Source: an uncultured Gammaproteobacteria bacterium (GTDB lineage: Bacteria; Patescibacteriota; Microgenomatia; Curtissbacterales; GWA2-41-24). From it: a stretch of DNA of 64,000 nt. The translations under genes and the position numbers were made by a program. Location: positions 6,682 through 70,681 of the forward strand of contig CAZBKB010000003.1 of NCBI GenBank assembly GCA_964492425.1, read 5' to 3'. Positions 9,607 to 18,088 of this stretch are shown here, piece after piece (position 1 is the first letter of the stretch; each line of letters opens with the position of its first letter). The notes below the pieces were generated by a model. The model did not search any database, was not told the DNA's origin, and saw only the letters and a program-made list of their open reading frames with translations.

Positions 9607-12201
9607 ATGCCTAAAGAACAGCCACCGCTAAATTTAGAAGCCTTACAGGCAAAAGAGAGAAAACTGCAAGGCAGCCTGCTAAAGGCCGATCGCGTTGAGC
9701 TTACTTATACAGCCCGAATATACGCACCACATCTTGAGGAAGCAGTCAGAAAATCACCCGAAAAAGCAAGGTCTTGGGTCAACAAAGGCCAATTACTTCA
9801 GCCCCAGCACATTGCACTTGAAGCAAACATTCGGGTTGCCGATATTCGCGGAGCAATAAGGGACAATGCGATCCCGAAAATAGTGCAAAGCCTTGGCAAG
9901 ACCCAGGAGCAGATAAGAACACAAGACGAATCACCTGAACAAATAAGCATGTACGCCAGCCACCTTGAAGAATTAAAACGGGCAGCAACCTATGTCGAAG
10001 TCACCAAAGACAGAGTTATAGCAGGGCTTCTTACAAGCGGTGACCTAGACGAGGTCAAGGCTTACTACAGCAGCATAGAAAGCCTCCAGCAAACCGACCC
10101 CGAGCTTGCCCGCGCAAAAGAGGTCTACTTGGCAAAATTACAGAAGCAAGAAAGACAAGGCAGAACTACTTTTATCCCCCCAATTGAAAAACGAACTGGC
10201 AACGAACAAGAACCCCTAGCCTCTTTGAAAATCGACCGCAGCGTAAGTACAGTCCAAGTTGGTGGAAATGAGGTGGTTACACTGACCAAGGCTCAAATGG
10301 CCATCTTTGCAAGGCTGGCAAGGGAAACTAATGAAGCGGTGAAGCCGAAAACCCTGCGCGGTGTTCTAAAGAACGCGGGAGTCAGTCCTAAAACAAGCAT
10401 CACACAGGTCATTAATGAAATAAGAGCAAAAATTGAAGTAGATCCAAATGCACCTAAAATCTTAACCATGACTGGTTCAAGAAACGGTGCGAAATATGCC
10501 ATTAATGCCAATGTTGAATTTATCGGCAAATCAGAACGGTCAAGATTATCCAAAGAAGGATGGAAAATCTTCGAGATCGAGATGCCAGACGGTCAAGTTG
10601 TCAAAATTCAGGGTCAAAGATATGCCGATACCTTAAAACACTTGCTTCCGGCAACAATCGATAACCCAACAGGAACAGAAAGTCTATCAATGCAACTTTA
10701 TGGTAAAGCAGACAGAAGTAGTAGGAGCAGAGTTGCAAGCAAGGTAGCGAAGGTTAAAAGTGTACTCAAACCATACAATTGGACTGTAATTCAGCCTGTC
10801 CCACACGAAGATCTCAAATTTAAAAAGGGCGTAAAAAGCACTGAGCAACAAATCCCAAACGCCAAATATTATCTCGAAAAAATCACACCAGACGGTGTAC
10901 AAGCCAAACCGGCTACCTTTCCGCCAACCCCACCCGTTGAAACTCCGCCCGTACAAATTCCACCTGTAGAGTTTGGTCTTCGCCAAAGCCACCTAGACAC
11001 ACTCGACTACATCAGACAAAACCCAGACGGCCGGATGCAAACCGCAATCGCACTGCTTCGTACAACCAAGAAAGGCATTCCCCACACAAGGCCTCAAGCT
11101 GCTTTTGCAGCCAATCGCGCACTTTGGCATCTTTTCAACAGGAACCAAATGGGTATCGCAACAGAGGCAGAACAAGCTTTAAAAACCAACATCGAACAGG
11201 CACTTGGCTTAAAAGACGTTGAGGCAAAAGCCAAATTCAAAGAAATCGTAACCAACTTTTTCAGTTCAGATAGAAAGCAAGTTGAGGAAGTGCTTAAAAG
11301 CAAGGAAGTTAAAGAACCCATCAAAGAATTACCAACGGAAGCCGAAGTAGCACTTCTGGTAACTATCTACAAGCTAAGAAGAGACATTATTAAAAAATAC
11401 GAGCTGCCCCAACTCCCCCAAGATATAATCGAAGAGGCGTTAAAAGCATTCCCGGGAAGGCTAGATCTCGCAGCTGACGAGATAGTGAGCTTGCGCAATA
11501 GCGCCTACGACAAATTTGCAAGCATTGTCCAAAGCGACCAGTTAAACGAACTCTACGATCAAGCACCAGAAAGTACCAAGAAACTTATTATATATTTCAT
11601 GGAAATTGACCCTGAGACGCAACTTCAAGCACTCAAAGAAGCTTTACTTGCACCAACAGAAGCAGGATGGAAAGTGGTATCAGGCAGAGTTCAAGAATAC
11701 TGGAAAGGATTAGACGGCCATGAAATCAAAAGTGCCCAAACAGGGATAAATCCAATCCCAGATCCCGATGGGAAACCCGAAAATCAAAAACATACAGATT
11801 TGGCCGACTTAAGCACATCAAGTGTTTCCCCAGATAACCAAACAAACTCGATAACTGAAAAACCAAAGGTCTACAGCCTTGAGCGCCATGATCCCCAACT
11901 AAGGCAAAGAATACAGGGAATTCTGGACCAACTCGAATCAATAGCTGCCGACAGAAGTCGGACTCTCACGGTTCCGCAACTCGGTAATCTTGGCATCAAA
12001 GCAAAATTCGCCCAAAAAGTAGAGAGGGAGGGTTATATCCAAAGTAAAAAAGGACGAGACCATCATCCGATATTTACAGTCCATGAAGTAGCAATTCTTC
12101 TTTATTTAAAAGATTTTGCAAACGGTTTAAGCAAAAGAGACAAAAAACAAATAAGACATTTCGTCCAAGAAGAGTTGGCAAAACGAGATGAACAAAACTA
12201 A
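9607..12201 (+). CDS. Large (864 aa) protein with an internal OmpR/PhoB-type winged-helix DNA-binding domain. First gene of a three-gene insertion in the rplA-rplJ junction.
   Basis: Residues around 225-300 (VVTLTKAQMAIFARLARETNEAVKPKTLRGVLK...ITQVINEIRAKIEVDPNAPKILTMTGSRNGAKYAI) fit the trans_reg_C pattern. A Pro-rich linker PPTPPVETPPVQIPPVE follows. The rest is mostly helical with no other recognisable domain. Confidence 0.5.
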   Translation: MPKEQPPLNLEALQAKERKLQGSLLKADRVELTYTARIYAPHLEEAVRKSPEKARSWVNKGQLLQPQHIALEANIRVADIRGAIRDNAIPKIVQSLGKTQEQIRTQDESPEQISMYASHLEELKRAATYVEVTKDRVIAGLLTSGDLDEVKAYYSSIESLQQTDPELARAKEVYLAKLQKQERQGRTTFIPPIEKRTGNEQEPLASLKIDRSVSTVQVGGNEVVTLTKAQMAIFARLARETNEAVKPKTLRGVLKNAGVSPKTSITQVINEIRAKIEVDPNAPKILTMTGSRNGAKYAINANVEFIGKSERSRLSKEGWKIFEIEMPDGQVVKIQGQRYADTLKHLLPATIDNPTGTESLSMQLYGKADRSSRSRVASKVAKVKSVLKPYNWTVIQPVPHEDLKFKKGVKSTEQQIPNAKYYLEKITPDGVQAKPATFPPTPPVETPPVQIPPVEFGLRQSHLDTLDYIRQNPDGRMQTAIALLRTTKKGIPHTRPQAAFAANRALWHLFNRNQMGIATEAEQALKTNIEQALGLKDVEAKAKFKEIVTNFFSSDRKQVEEVLKSKEVKEPIKELPTEAEVALLVTIYKLRRDIIKKYELPQLPQDIIEEALKAFPGRLDLAADEIVSLRNSAYDKFASIVQSDQLNELYDQAPESTKKLIIYFMEIDPETQLQALKEALLAPTEAGWKVVSGRVQEYWKGLDGHEIKSAQTGINPIPDPDGKPENQKHTDLADLSTSSVSPDNQTNSITEKPKVYSLERHDPQLRQRIQGILDQLESIAADRSRTLTVPQLGNLGIKAKFAQKVEREGYIQSKKGRDHHPIFTVHEVAILLYLKDFANGLSKRDKKQIRHFVQEELAKRDEQN

Positions 12202-12225
12202 GATAATTAAAACAATTCAAAATAA

Positions 12226-13695
12226 ATGAGCGAGAGAAAACCACTTTTTATTCAGGAAGATATTGTAAATGCCCACAAGTACGTGGAGCGAGTAAAAGGA
12301 CGCGTTGATGCAGGCCAACTTACAGACGAACATCTGCAGAGTGCCCAAGCATATCTTGCGGGAGTAGAATTTTACGAGCCCCACCGACCACATCAGCTGT
12401 CAAGACAAACAATACGTTCAAAAGAAGAGGGAGAAAAGTTTCTACCAAAAATCTTAGTTAATCCAGAAACAAAAAGGGTCGAAATACCAAAATACGAAAT
12501 CGCCACAAAAATACCAGGAAAAGTCGAATGGGTACTATTTACTTACCTTGCACAAAATCCAAATAAAGACCTTCCTAAACAGATTTTAATCGCGGTTGCC
12601 CAACAAGCCGGTTCTAGTGCAAATGATATTAGAGATTTAATCTATCGCTTAAGAAAGAGTTTGGAACCGGATTCTAAAAACCCACTAATAATTACTACCA
12701 CCAAAATAGATAGCAAGTATTTCTATAGCTTAAACGCCAAAGTAGAATTTGTAGAAGATGAAAAAGAAAAGGAAAAGAAAAAAGTAACAAAACCAAAAGA
12801 AACACAGGAAGAAAGGCGAAGCTATACCATTAATTTATCAGAACGATCCCTAACCGATCAAGTGACGGGCACAGTGTTGGATATTATCGACGATCTGGAT
12901 TTTGTTATTTTAGCTAAAATTGCCCAGTCACAACAAAAAGGCTTTCTCGGAGAAACAATTGCCAGAATCTGTCGTGAAGCAGGCGATAAAAAAGGACCGT
13001 CACACGGAGTCATCAAAAGATTAAGGAGTATCTTTAATGACACTGAAGATACTCCAAAAATCATCACTCAAACTGGCAAAACGAGAGGCACAAGATACTT
13101 TCTAAATGCGGACGTTGAGCTCATAAGCGATGAAAAGACAATTCAAGAAGTTTCATCCACCCAACCGGAAACAGACGAGAAACAGCCTGTTGCAAGCCCA
13201 GACCAGCAAGCCGCTGGCTCACCAAGGATTGATTCAGCACAACGAACCTACGTACCATACAAAGCAACAGAAGATGAAAAGAGATCCAGTGCGGAAAACC
13301 GTACATTAAAAGCAGTTATCTTGGCAATTCACCCAGTAAACAACACAATAGACTTTGAAACGCTGCAGAAAGGGTTATTTTCCCCGGATTCGATTTATCA
13401 AACACCAACCGGTAAATGGATCACTATAAAACAGGCAGATGAAATAATTGAGGTTTTTGACAGAGCTGTTGCTAAAATTCGCGAAGAGGCAGCAATACCT
13501 GCACTTCGCCAAAACTGGACCGACGGGGACAAACAAATCTGGGAAATACTGAACGAATCGATAAACCGTGTGTCCTCCGGAAATGTTGCAGAGTATTCCA
13601 AAAAACTTAAAAGTAAAATTAGACAGTCTCAAAATAGGTACTACAAGCAACCCCGCCCACAAAACGGTAACACCGTTTTTAGGATTAAAATATGA
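12226..13695 (+). CDS. 489-aa protein with two OmpR/PhoB-type winged-helix domains. Second gene of the insertion.
   Basis: Two trans_reg_C-like segments: KVEWVLFTYLAQNPNKDLPKQILIAVA...IRDLIYRLRKSLEPDSKNPLIITTTKIDSKYFY and VILAKIAQSQQKGFLGETIARICREAG...GVIKRLRSIFNDTEDTPKIITQTGKTRGTRYFL. Starts 24 nt after the upstream gene. Its stop overlaps the next start (ATGA). Confidence 0.5.
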   Translation: MSERKPLFIQEDIVNAHKYVERVKGRVDAGQLTDEHLQSAQAYLAGVEFYEPHRPHQLSRQTIRSKEEGEKFLPKILVNPETKRVEIPKYEIATKIPGKVEWVLFTYLAQNPNKDLPKQILIAVAQQAGSSANDIRDLIYRLRKSLEPDSKNPLIITTTKIDSKYFYSLNAKVEFVEDEKEKEKKKVTKPKETQEERRSYTINLSERSLTDQVTGTVLDIIDDLDFVILAKIAQSQQKGFLGETIARICREAGDKKGPSHGVIKRLRSIFNDTEDTPKIITQTGKTRGTRYFLNADVELISDEKTIQEVSSTQPETDEKQPVASPDQQAAGSPRIDSAQRTYVPYKATEDEKRSSAENRTLKAVILAIHPVNNTIDFETLQKGLFSPDSIYQTPTGKWITIKQADEIIEVFDRAVAKIREEAAIPALRQNWTDGDKQIWEILNESINRVSSGNVAEYSKKLKSKIRQSQNRYYKQPRPQNGNTVFRIKI

Positions 13696-15230
13696 AGGAA
13701 CACGAGCCTGTAATTAAACTAATAATCGAAGAGAAGTTCTCGCCCGGAGCAATAGAAGCTCTAATGGCTAATTACCGGGATGCCCAACTGGCTTTTTTAG
13801 AGCTTATAGATAATGCCATTGACAACCGTATTGAGGGCAGTGCCAATCCCCTGCAGGTTCGTGTTCGGGTTTCCAGAGACGAGCTCTCTGTCCATAATCA
13901 GGGTGGTGAGGGCTTAGACCTTTCCGGTCTTACAGACTTTTTCAACTGGGGCCATTCCGAAAAATCCGGGCGCATCGGCATTTGGGGTGTAGGCGGTAAA
14001 GGGGCTGCCGGCTATCTCGGCCAAAGCTTGGAATTAGTTTGCTCTGCCAAAGCTTCTCAACAGGAATACAAAGTAGCGGATCCAAACTGGACAAGAAGAG
14101 TAGAAGGCGAAACAAAACGACTCACACCGGAAGTGAAAAAGGCGCATACCGAAGACGGCTATTTCAGGATCAGAATAACCAATCTGACCAAAGAAGTTAA
14201 TGCGGCTGCTCTTACAACGAAACTTGGAGATATCTACCGCCCCCTGCTTTTAACCAATAGGGTCAAGATTAAAGTTAATGGTAAAGACGTTGAACCTCTT
14301 CAAATTCGCTATGTTGAAAACGATCCAAAATTAAAGCCTGATAATTTGCTTGTTCAAACACGCTTTGGGGACCATTTTGAGTTAAAAGTTGGGATAATGG
14401 AAGAAGGCCAAATCCTTAAACCGGGTATCCGATGCTATTATCATGGGCGTTTAATAGAAGCGGAGCATTTTTTCGGTCACCCAACTCCAGCCCAAATGCC
14501 CGAAGCGGCAAGACTAATTGGTGAGGTAGACTTCGATTTCGTCCCGGTAACGCCGAATAAATCCAGCTTCATACACTCCTCACCTCAATGGATTCATGCT
14601 TCAAAAAGAATGCAGGAGGTACTAACTCCATGGAATGATAAATTGCAAGGTATAAAAATAGACCACAGGACACCAGTTGAAAACTACGAAAAAGAGTTAG
14701 CCAGAAAAGCAAAAAGGGTACTCGAGCACGTCCTTGCAACCACCGGGATAATCACCAAAACTATGCTGCCGGGAGAATCCGAAGGCCGCAGACCGCCAGG
14801 CCCAAGTGGTAAGCCAAAGGTTAAAACCGGCAGAACAAGTTCAAGCCGTGGTCCCCAGGAAGGTCAGACAGCTCCTGTTCTCGACGCAACCATCGGTGAA
14901 ATGAAACGCTGGGGTGCTTTGCACGAGATAGATGTTGCTCCAATGGGAAATAACGGTAGAAGAAGTGAAGCAATAGACGAAAAAGGTCGGAAAATTTTAA
15001 AAATTAACTCCGACCATCCTCTATATCAAGCCGAAAAAAAGGCTGGAGACGACGCCCTGGGTCTTTATCAGACGGAAACCGCCATTTTAAAAATTGCCGA
15101 GCTTGCAACACAAGGCAAATCAATTGAGGAATACATCGAGCTTGTTGACAATCTTTCTCGAGAATGTGGAGCTGTTTATAATGCTCGACTGGCCCAAAGA
15201 GATAGAAAAAACGGGAGAAGAAAAAAATAA
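13692..15230 (+). CDS. MORC/Hsp90-like GHKL (Bergerat-fold) ATPase. Third gene of the insertion.
   Basis: N-terminal GHKL motifs. N-box FLELIDNAIDN. G1-like VHNQGGEGLD. G2 box GIWGVGGKGAAGYLG (MORC-type GxYGxGxK). 4-nt overlap with the upstream gene. Confidence 0.6.
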   Translation: MKEHEPVIKLIIEEKFSPGAIEALMANYRDAQLAFLELIDNAIDNRIEGSANPLQVRVRVSRDELSVHNQGGEGLDLSGLTDFFNWGHSEKSGRIGIWGVGGKGAAGYLGQSLELVCSAKASQQEYKVADPNWTRRVEGETKRLTPEVKKAHTEDGYFRIRITNLTKEVNAAALTTKLGDIYRPLLLTNRVKIKVNGKDVEPLQIRYVENDPKLKPDNLLVQTRFGDHFELKVGIMEEGQILKPGIRCYYHGRLIEAEHFFGHPTPAQMPEAARLIGEVDFDFVPVTPNKSSFIHSSPQWIHASKRMQEVLTPWNDKLQGIKIDHRTPVENYEKELARKAKRVLEHVLATTGIITKTMLPGESEGRRPPGPSGKPKVKTGRTSSSRGPQEGQTAPVLDATIGEMKRWGALHEIDVAPMGNNGRRSEAIDEKGRKILKINSDHPLYQAEKKAGDDALGLYQTETAILKIAELATQGKSIEEYIELVDNLSRECGAVYNARLAQRDRKNGRRKK

Positions 15231-15299
15231 TAATTGCCAGTACATTGACAATCGACATTCATTATTGCTATATTTCCCCTAGTCCAAAGACCGTAGCTA

Positions 15300-15514
15300 T
15301 TCACTTCGTTCAGAATAAACTCGAGCAAAGTGAGGTTAAATTTCAAAGGTCACTCAGGGTCTACCCTGAGGAGTACACGATGAAGGGCTACGCAGGCGAA
15401 GCCCCGTTTGACGGGGCGAAGCGCTCTTAAGCTTTCCTGTCCTTCGTAGTTTTAACGAATAAGGAATGCGAGGGAGGAAAAAAAGGTCATAAAATTCAAA
15501 TTTTTTGACCATCC
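15300..15514 (+). promoter_or_regulatory. Structured 5' leader upstream of rplJ (candidate L10 autoregulatory leader)
   Basis: About 310 nt noncoding before rplJ, with stable hairpins CTCAGGGT-CT-ACCCTGAG (15353-15370) and GCCCCGT-TTG-ACGGGGC (15401-15417). The position matches the known rplJ leader in other bacteria. The L10-binding structure itself was not verified. Confidence 0.3.
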
Positions 15515-15539
15515 AACGTCTCTTTGGAGACGTTTTTTT
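15515..15539 (+). terminator. Intrinsic terminator/attenuator hairpin immediately 5' of the rplJ start codon
   Basis: AACGTCTC-TTTG-GAGACGTT followed by TTTTT, ending 1 nt before the rplJ ATG at 15540. Confidence 0.5.
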
Positions 15540-16091
15540 ATGAAAAAACAAACTAAATCTGCACGCGAAATAAAAGAAGATAAAGTTACCGCGTTTAGTG
15601 AAAAAATAGAAAAAGCAAAAACTGTAACTTTTGCCGACTACCGTGGTTTAACCGCAAATCAGCTGACAGAATTAAGAGCAAAAGTAAAAAACGTCGGTGG
15701 TGAATTTTTAGTCGAAAAAAATAATTTGATCAAGATCTCCTTAAAATCTACAAAACACCAAATTCCATCGGGCCAAGATCAGTTGCTAGTAGGCCCCACA
15801 GCCGCAATCGTTGCATATGACGATGAAATTGCACCAATAAGAGAAATCGCCGAAAGTAACAAAAACTTTGGTCTTCCAATTTTTAAGTTCGGCTTTTTTA
15901 ATGAAAACTTTTTAACTTCAGAAAATGTCGAAAAACTATCCAAAATACCAAGTAGGGACGCGCTTCTTCAAAAAATGGTTGCCTCTCTCAACTCACCGCT
16001 TTATGGAATAGTTTCGGTTCTTTCTGCAAATCTCAAAAACCTTGTTTACACGCTAAGCGCAATAAAAACAAGAAAGGAAACTAACACCTAA
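15540..16091 (+). CDS. rplJ: 50S ribosomal protein L10
   Basis: TFADYRGLTANQLTELRAKV motif. 183 aa. Upstream of rplL. Confidence 0.85.
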   Translation: MKKQTKSAREIKEDKVTAFSEKIEKAKTVTFADYRGLTANQLTELRAKVKNVGGEFLVEKNNLIKISLKSTKHQIPSGQDQLLVGPTAAIVAYDDEIAPIREIAESNKNFGLPIFKFGFFNENFLTSENVEKLSKIPSRDALLQKMVASLNSPLYGIVSVLSANLKNLVYTLSAIKTRKETNT

Positions 16092-16163
16092 TTACTGGCA
16101 ACTAAAGTTCTTGTGTCAGTCGCCAGACTTAATGCGTTAGACATTGAACGGAGGTGAATTTAT

Positions 16164-16745
16164 ATGGCAGACAACAATCAAAAAGCAGCCGGTGCTGCAG
16201 TCGATGCAGAGGAAGCCGCAAAAGAAGCACAAGATGCTGCACAAAAGGCTGAAAAGGCAGCAGATGAGGCCAGGGAGGTAAAAGAGGAGGTAAAAGAAGT
16301 CGCACAAAAGGTTGAAGAGAAAAAAGTGGAATCAAAAGAAGAAAAACCACAAGTAAAAGTATCTGCAAATTTAGAAAAGATTATCAAATCAATTGAGGGA
16401 CTTTCTATTTTGGAATTAGCAGATTTAGTAAAAGCTCTTGAGGAAAAGTTTGGAGTTTCGGCAGCAGTACCGACAGCAGCAATAGCAGCAGGCACACCGG
16501 CAGCAGGCACTGAGCAGGAAGGAAGTGAACAAACAACTTTCAATGTAATTTTAGCAGACGGCGGTGCAAACAAAATTTCAGTGATTAAAGCTGTTCGTGA
16601 GCTTGTCCCAACACTTGGCCTTGCAGAAGCAAAAACTTTAGTCGACACCGCTCCAAAAACAGTTCTTGAAGGAGTTAACAAGGAAAACGCAAATGAAGCA
16701 AAAACTAAGCTTGAAGCAGTTGGCGCGAAAGTCGAGCTAAAGTAA
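16164..16745 (+). CDS. rplL: 50S ribosomal protein L7/L12 with an A/E/K-rich N-terminal extension of about 68 aa
   Basis: GGAGGTGA RBS 8 nt upstream of the [66 protein letters not shown]...[12 protein letters not shown]. Confidence 0.9.
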   Translation: MADNNQKAAGAAVDAEEAAKEAQDAAQKAEKAADEAREVKEEVKEVAQKVEEKKVESKEEKPQVKVSANLEKIIKSIEGLSILELADLVKALEEKFGVSAAVPTAAIAAGTPAAGTEQEGSEQTTFNVILADGGANKISVIKAVRELVPTLGLAEAKTLVDTAPKTVLEGVNKENANEAKTKLEAVGAKVELK

Positions 16746-16760
16746 ATAGATCACATTTTA

Positions 16761-16794
16761 AAAACGACTGACTGTAAATTATCAGTCGTTTTTA
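16761..16794. terminator. Bidirectional intrinsic terminator between rplL (+) and the convergent gene 16792..17184 (-)
   Basis: AAAACGACTGA-ctgtaaattat-TCAGTCGTTTTT, with an A-run 5' and a T-run 3'. Confidence 0.6.
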
Positions 16795-17184
16795 AATGGC
16801 CTGTCTCAAAAGAGTAAACGTGTAATCTCCCGAATTTCTCAGATTCATTGTGGACTCAAAAATCTCAAAACCTTCTGCACCTACAGTAATTTTATAATCT
16901 CCTGCTTCCAGTCTCCTTATCAAAAATCGTCCGCCTGAATCTGCATACATGTAGTTATTTTTTCCATCCCGGGCAAGTACAACTCTGGCACCGCTCACAC
17001 CAATGCCACTCTCATCAGTTATTCTTCCGCCAGCAGATAAACGCAAACTATTATCAAGTGCAGCATACGGTTTCAAGTCCCCATAAACTTGCATAATCAA
17101 AAGAGAAGCGATAATCACAAAAATCCACACCAATATGCTTGCAAAAACCAAAATTCTAAACCCGACTTTATGGCGCGCATTCAC
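16792..17184 (-). CDS. Membrane-anchored protein with a carboxypeptidase-regulatory-like (transthyretin-fold) domain
   Basis: N-terminal TM. GARVVLARDGKNNYMYADSGGRFLIRRLEAGDYKITVGAEGF resembles CarbopepD_reg-like domains. Confidence 0.4.
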   Translation of the reverse strand: MNARHKVGFRILVFASILVWIFVIIASLLIMQVYGDLKPYAALDNSLRLSAGGRITDESGIGVSGARVVLARDGKNNYMYADSGGRFLIRRLEAGDYKITVGAEGFEIFESTMNLRNSGDYTFTLLRQAI

Positions 17185-17582
17185 TTTACATTCACCTTTC
17201 CCACAAAATTTGCTGTCTTATCAACATAAGAATATTCTCCAGCATTTTCAAATTTAAAACTCAGGGTCTCTCCTGGCTCTAAATACTCGTTTATAGCAGC
17301 CAGATTATCCAAACTCGTTGAGAGGGTAAACATAACACTGTGTTTATAACTGCCATTATTAATCCATTTAATCTGGGTCCCGCTTTTGATGGTAATGTTT
17401 TCCGGATTAAAACCTTTGTCGCTGGCATAAACCGTCACTTCTCCTTCTCTGCTTACCTGAGGTATAACACTGGCAGATATCTTTTCATCTCTGGCGCTAA
17501 ATAGAAAATATAGTATTATCGAAAAAACAACAACACCACTTACAAAAGCAAAGGCCCAAAACTTGTTTTGCACAAGCCCCAT
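17181..17582 (-). CDS. Membrane-anchored cupredoxin-like fold protein (no Cu ligand set)
   Basis: N-terminal TM. ITIKSGTQIKWINNGSYKHSVMF resembles plastocyanin/pseudoazurin beta-strands, but no Cys/Met ligands are present. 4-nt overlap with the downstream gene. Confidence 0.3.
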   Translation of the reverse strand: MGLVQNKFWAFAFVSGVVVFSIILYFLFSARDEKISASVIPQVSREGEVTVYASDKGFNPENITIKSGTQIKWINNGSYKHSVMFTLSTSLDNLAAINEYLEPGETLSFKFENAGEYSYVDKTANFVGKVNVK

Positions 17583-17767
17583 ACACTAATTATATGCACT
17601 TCTTGGCAAAAATAACCAATTTCCCCCATTGACGAGTCTAATCTTGCGTGATACATTAAAGTCCATAATTGACTTGTTAGTTTTGTAATAAGACTCACTA
17701 ATAATCATAAAACCTCTACTTACTAAAAACAATTGACTATGAACTATCAACTACCAACTATTTATAA

Positions 17768-17980
17768 ATGGCACTAGGAGATGACTGGCCGGATTTGCTA
17801 ACAGTTAAGGAAGTTGCAAAAATACTTCGGGTTGCTCCACTTACAGTCAAACGATGGGGCAAGCGCGGTAAACTGCCGGCAATTAGGATAAACTCCCGCG
17901 GCGACCGCAGATATAAAAAAGAAGCAGTGCTTTGGCTACTCGGCGCGATCAAATCTGTAGACCAGTCTTTAAATCAATAA
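17768..17980 (+). CDS. HTH_17 (excisionase/MerR-like) family DNA-binding protein
   Basis: LLTVKEVAKILRVAPLTVKRWGKRGKLPAIRI matches the excisionase-family HTH. 70 aa. Confidence 0.55.
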   Translation: MALGDDWPDLLTVKEVAKILRVAPLTVKRWGKRGKLPAIRINSRGDRRYKKEAVLWLLGAIKSVDQSLNQ

Positions 17981-18088
17981 ATCCAAAACTGCTGTTTTAT
18001 TAAGGGACTCCGCACCAGAAAAATTAGACAAAAATTATGCTATCGCTTGCTTTTTGCCTAAACACCATATAAACTCAACATTAACAAA

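Noticed and set aside
15245-15551. Small ORFs (61 and 65 aa) in the rplJ leader region
   Set aside because: The region is hairpin-rich and in the position of the rplJ regulatory leader. The ORFs lack RBSs.
16178-16681. 167-aa minus-strand ORF (A/S-rich) antisense to rplL
   Set aside because: Shadow ORF created by the GCN/GAA-rich codons of the L7/L12 extension. rplL has a strong RBS and conserved domains.
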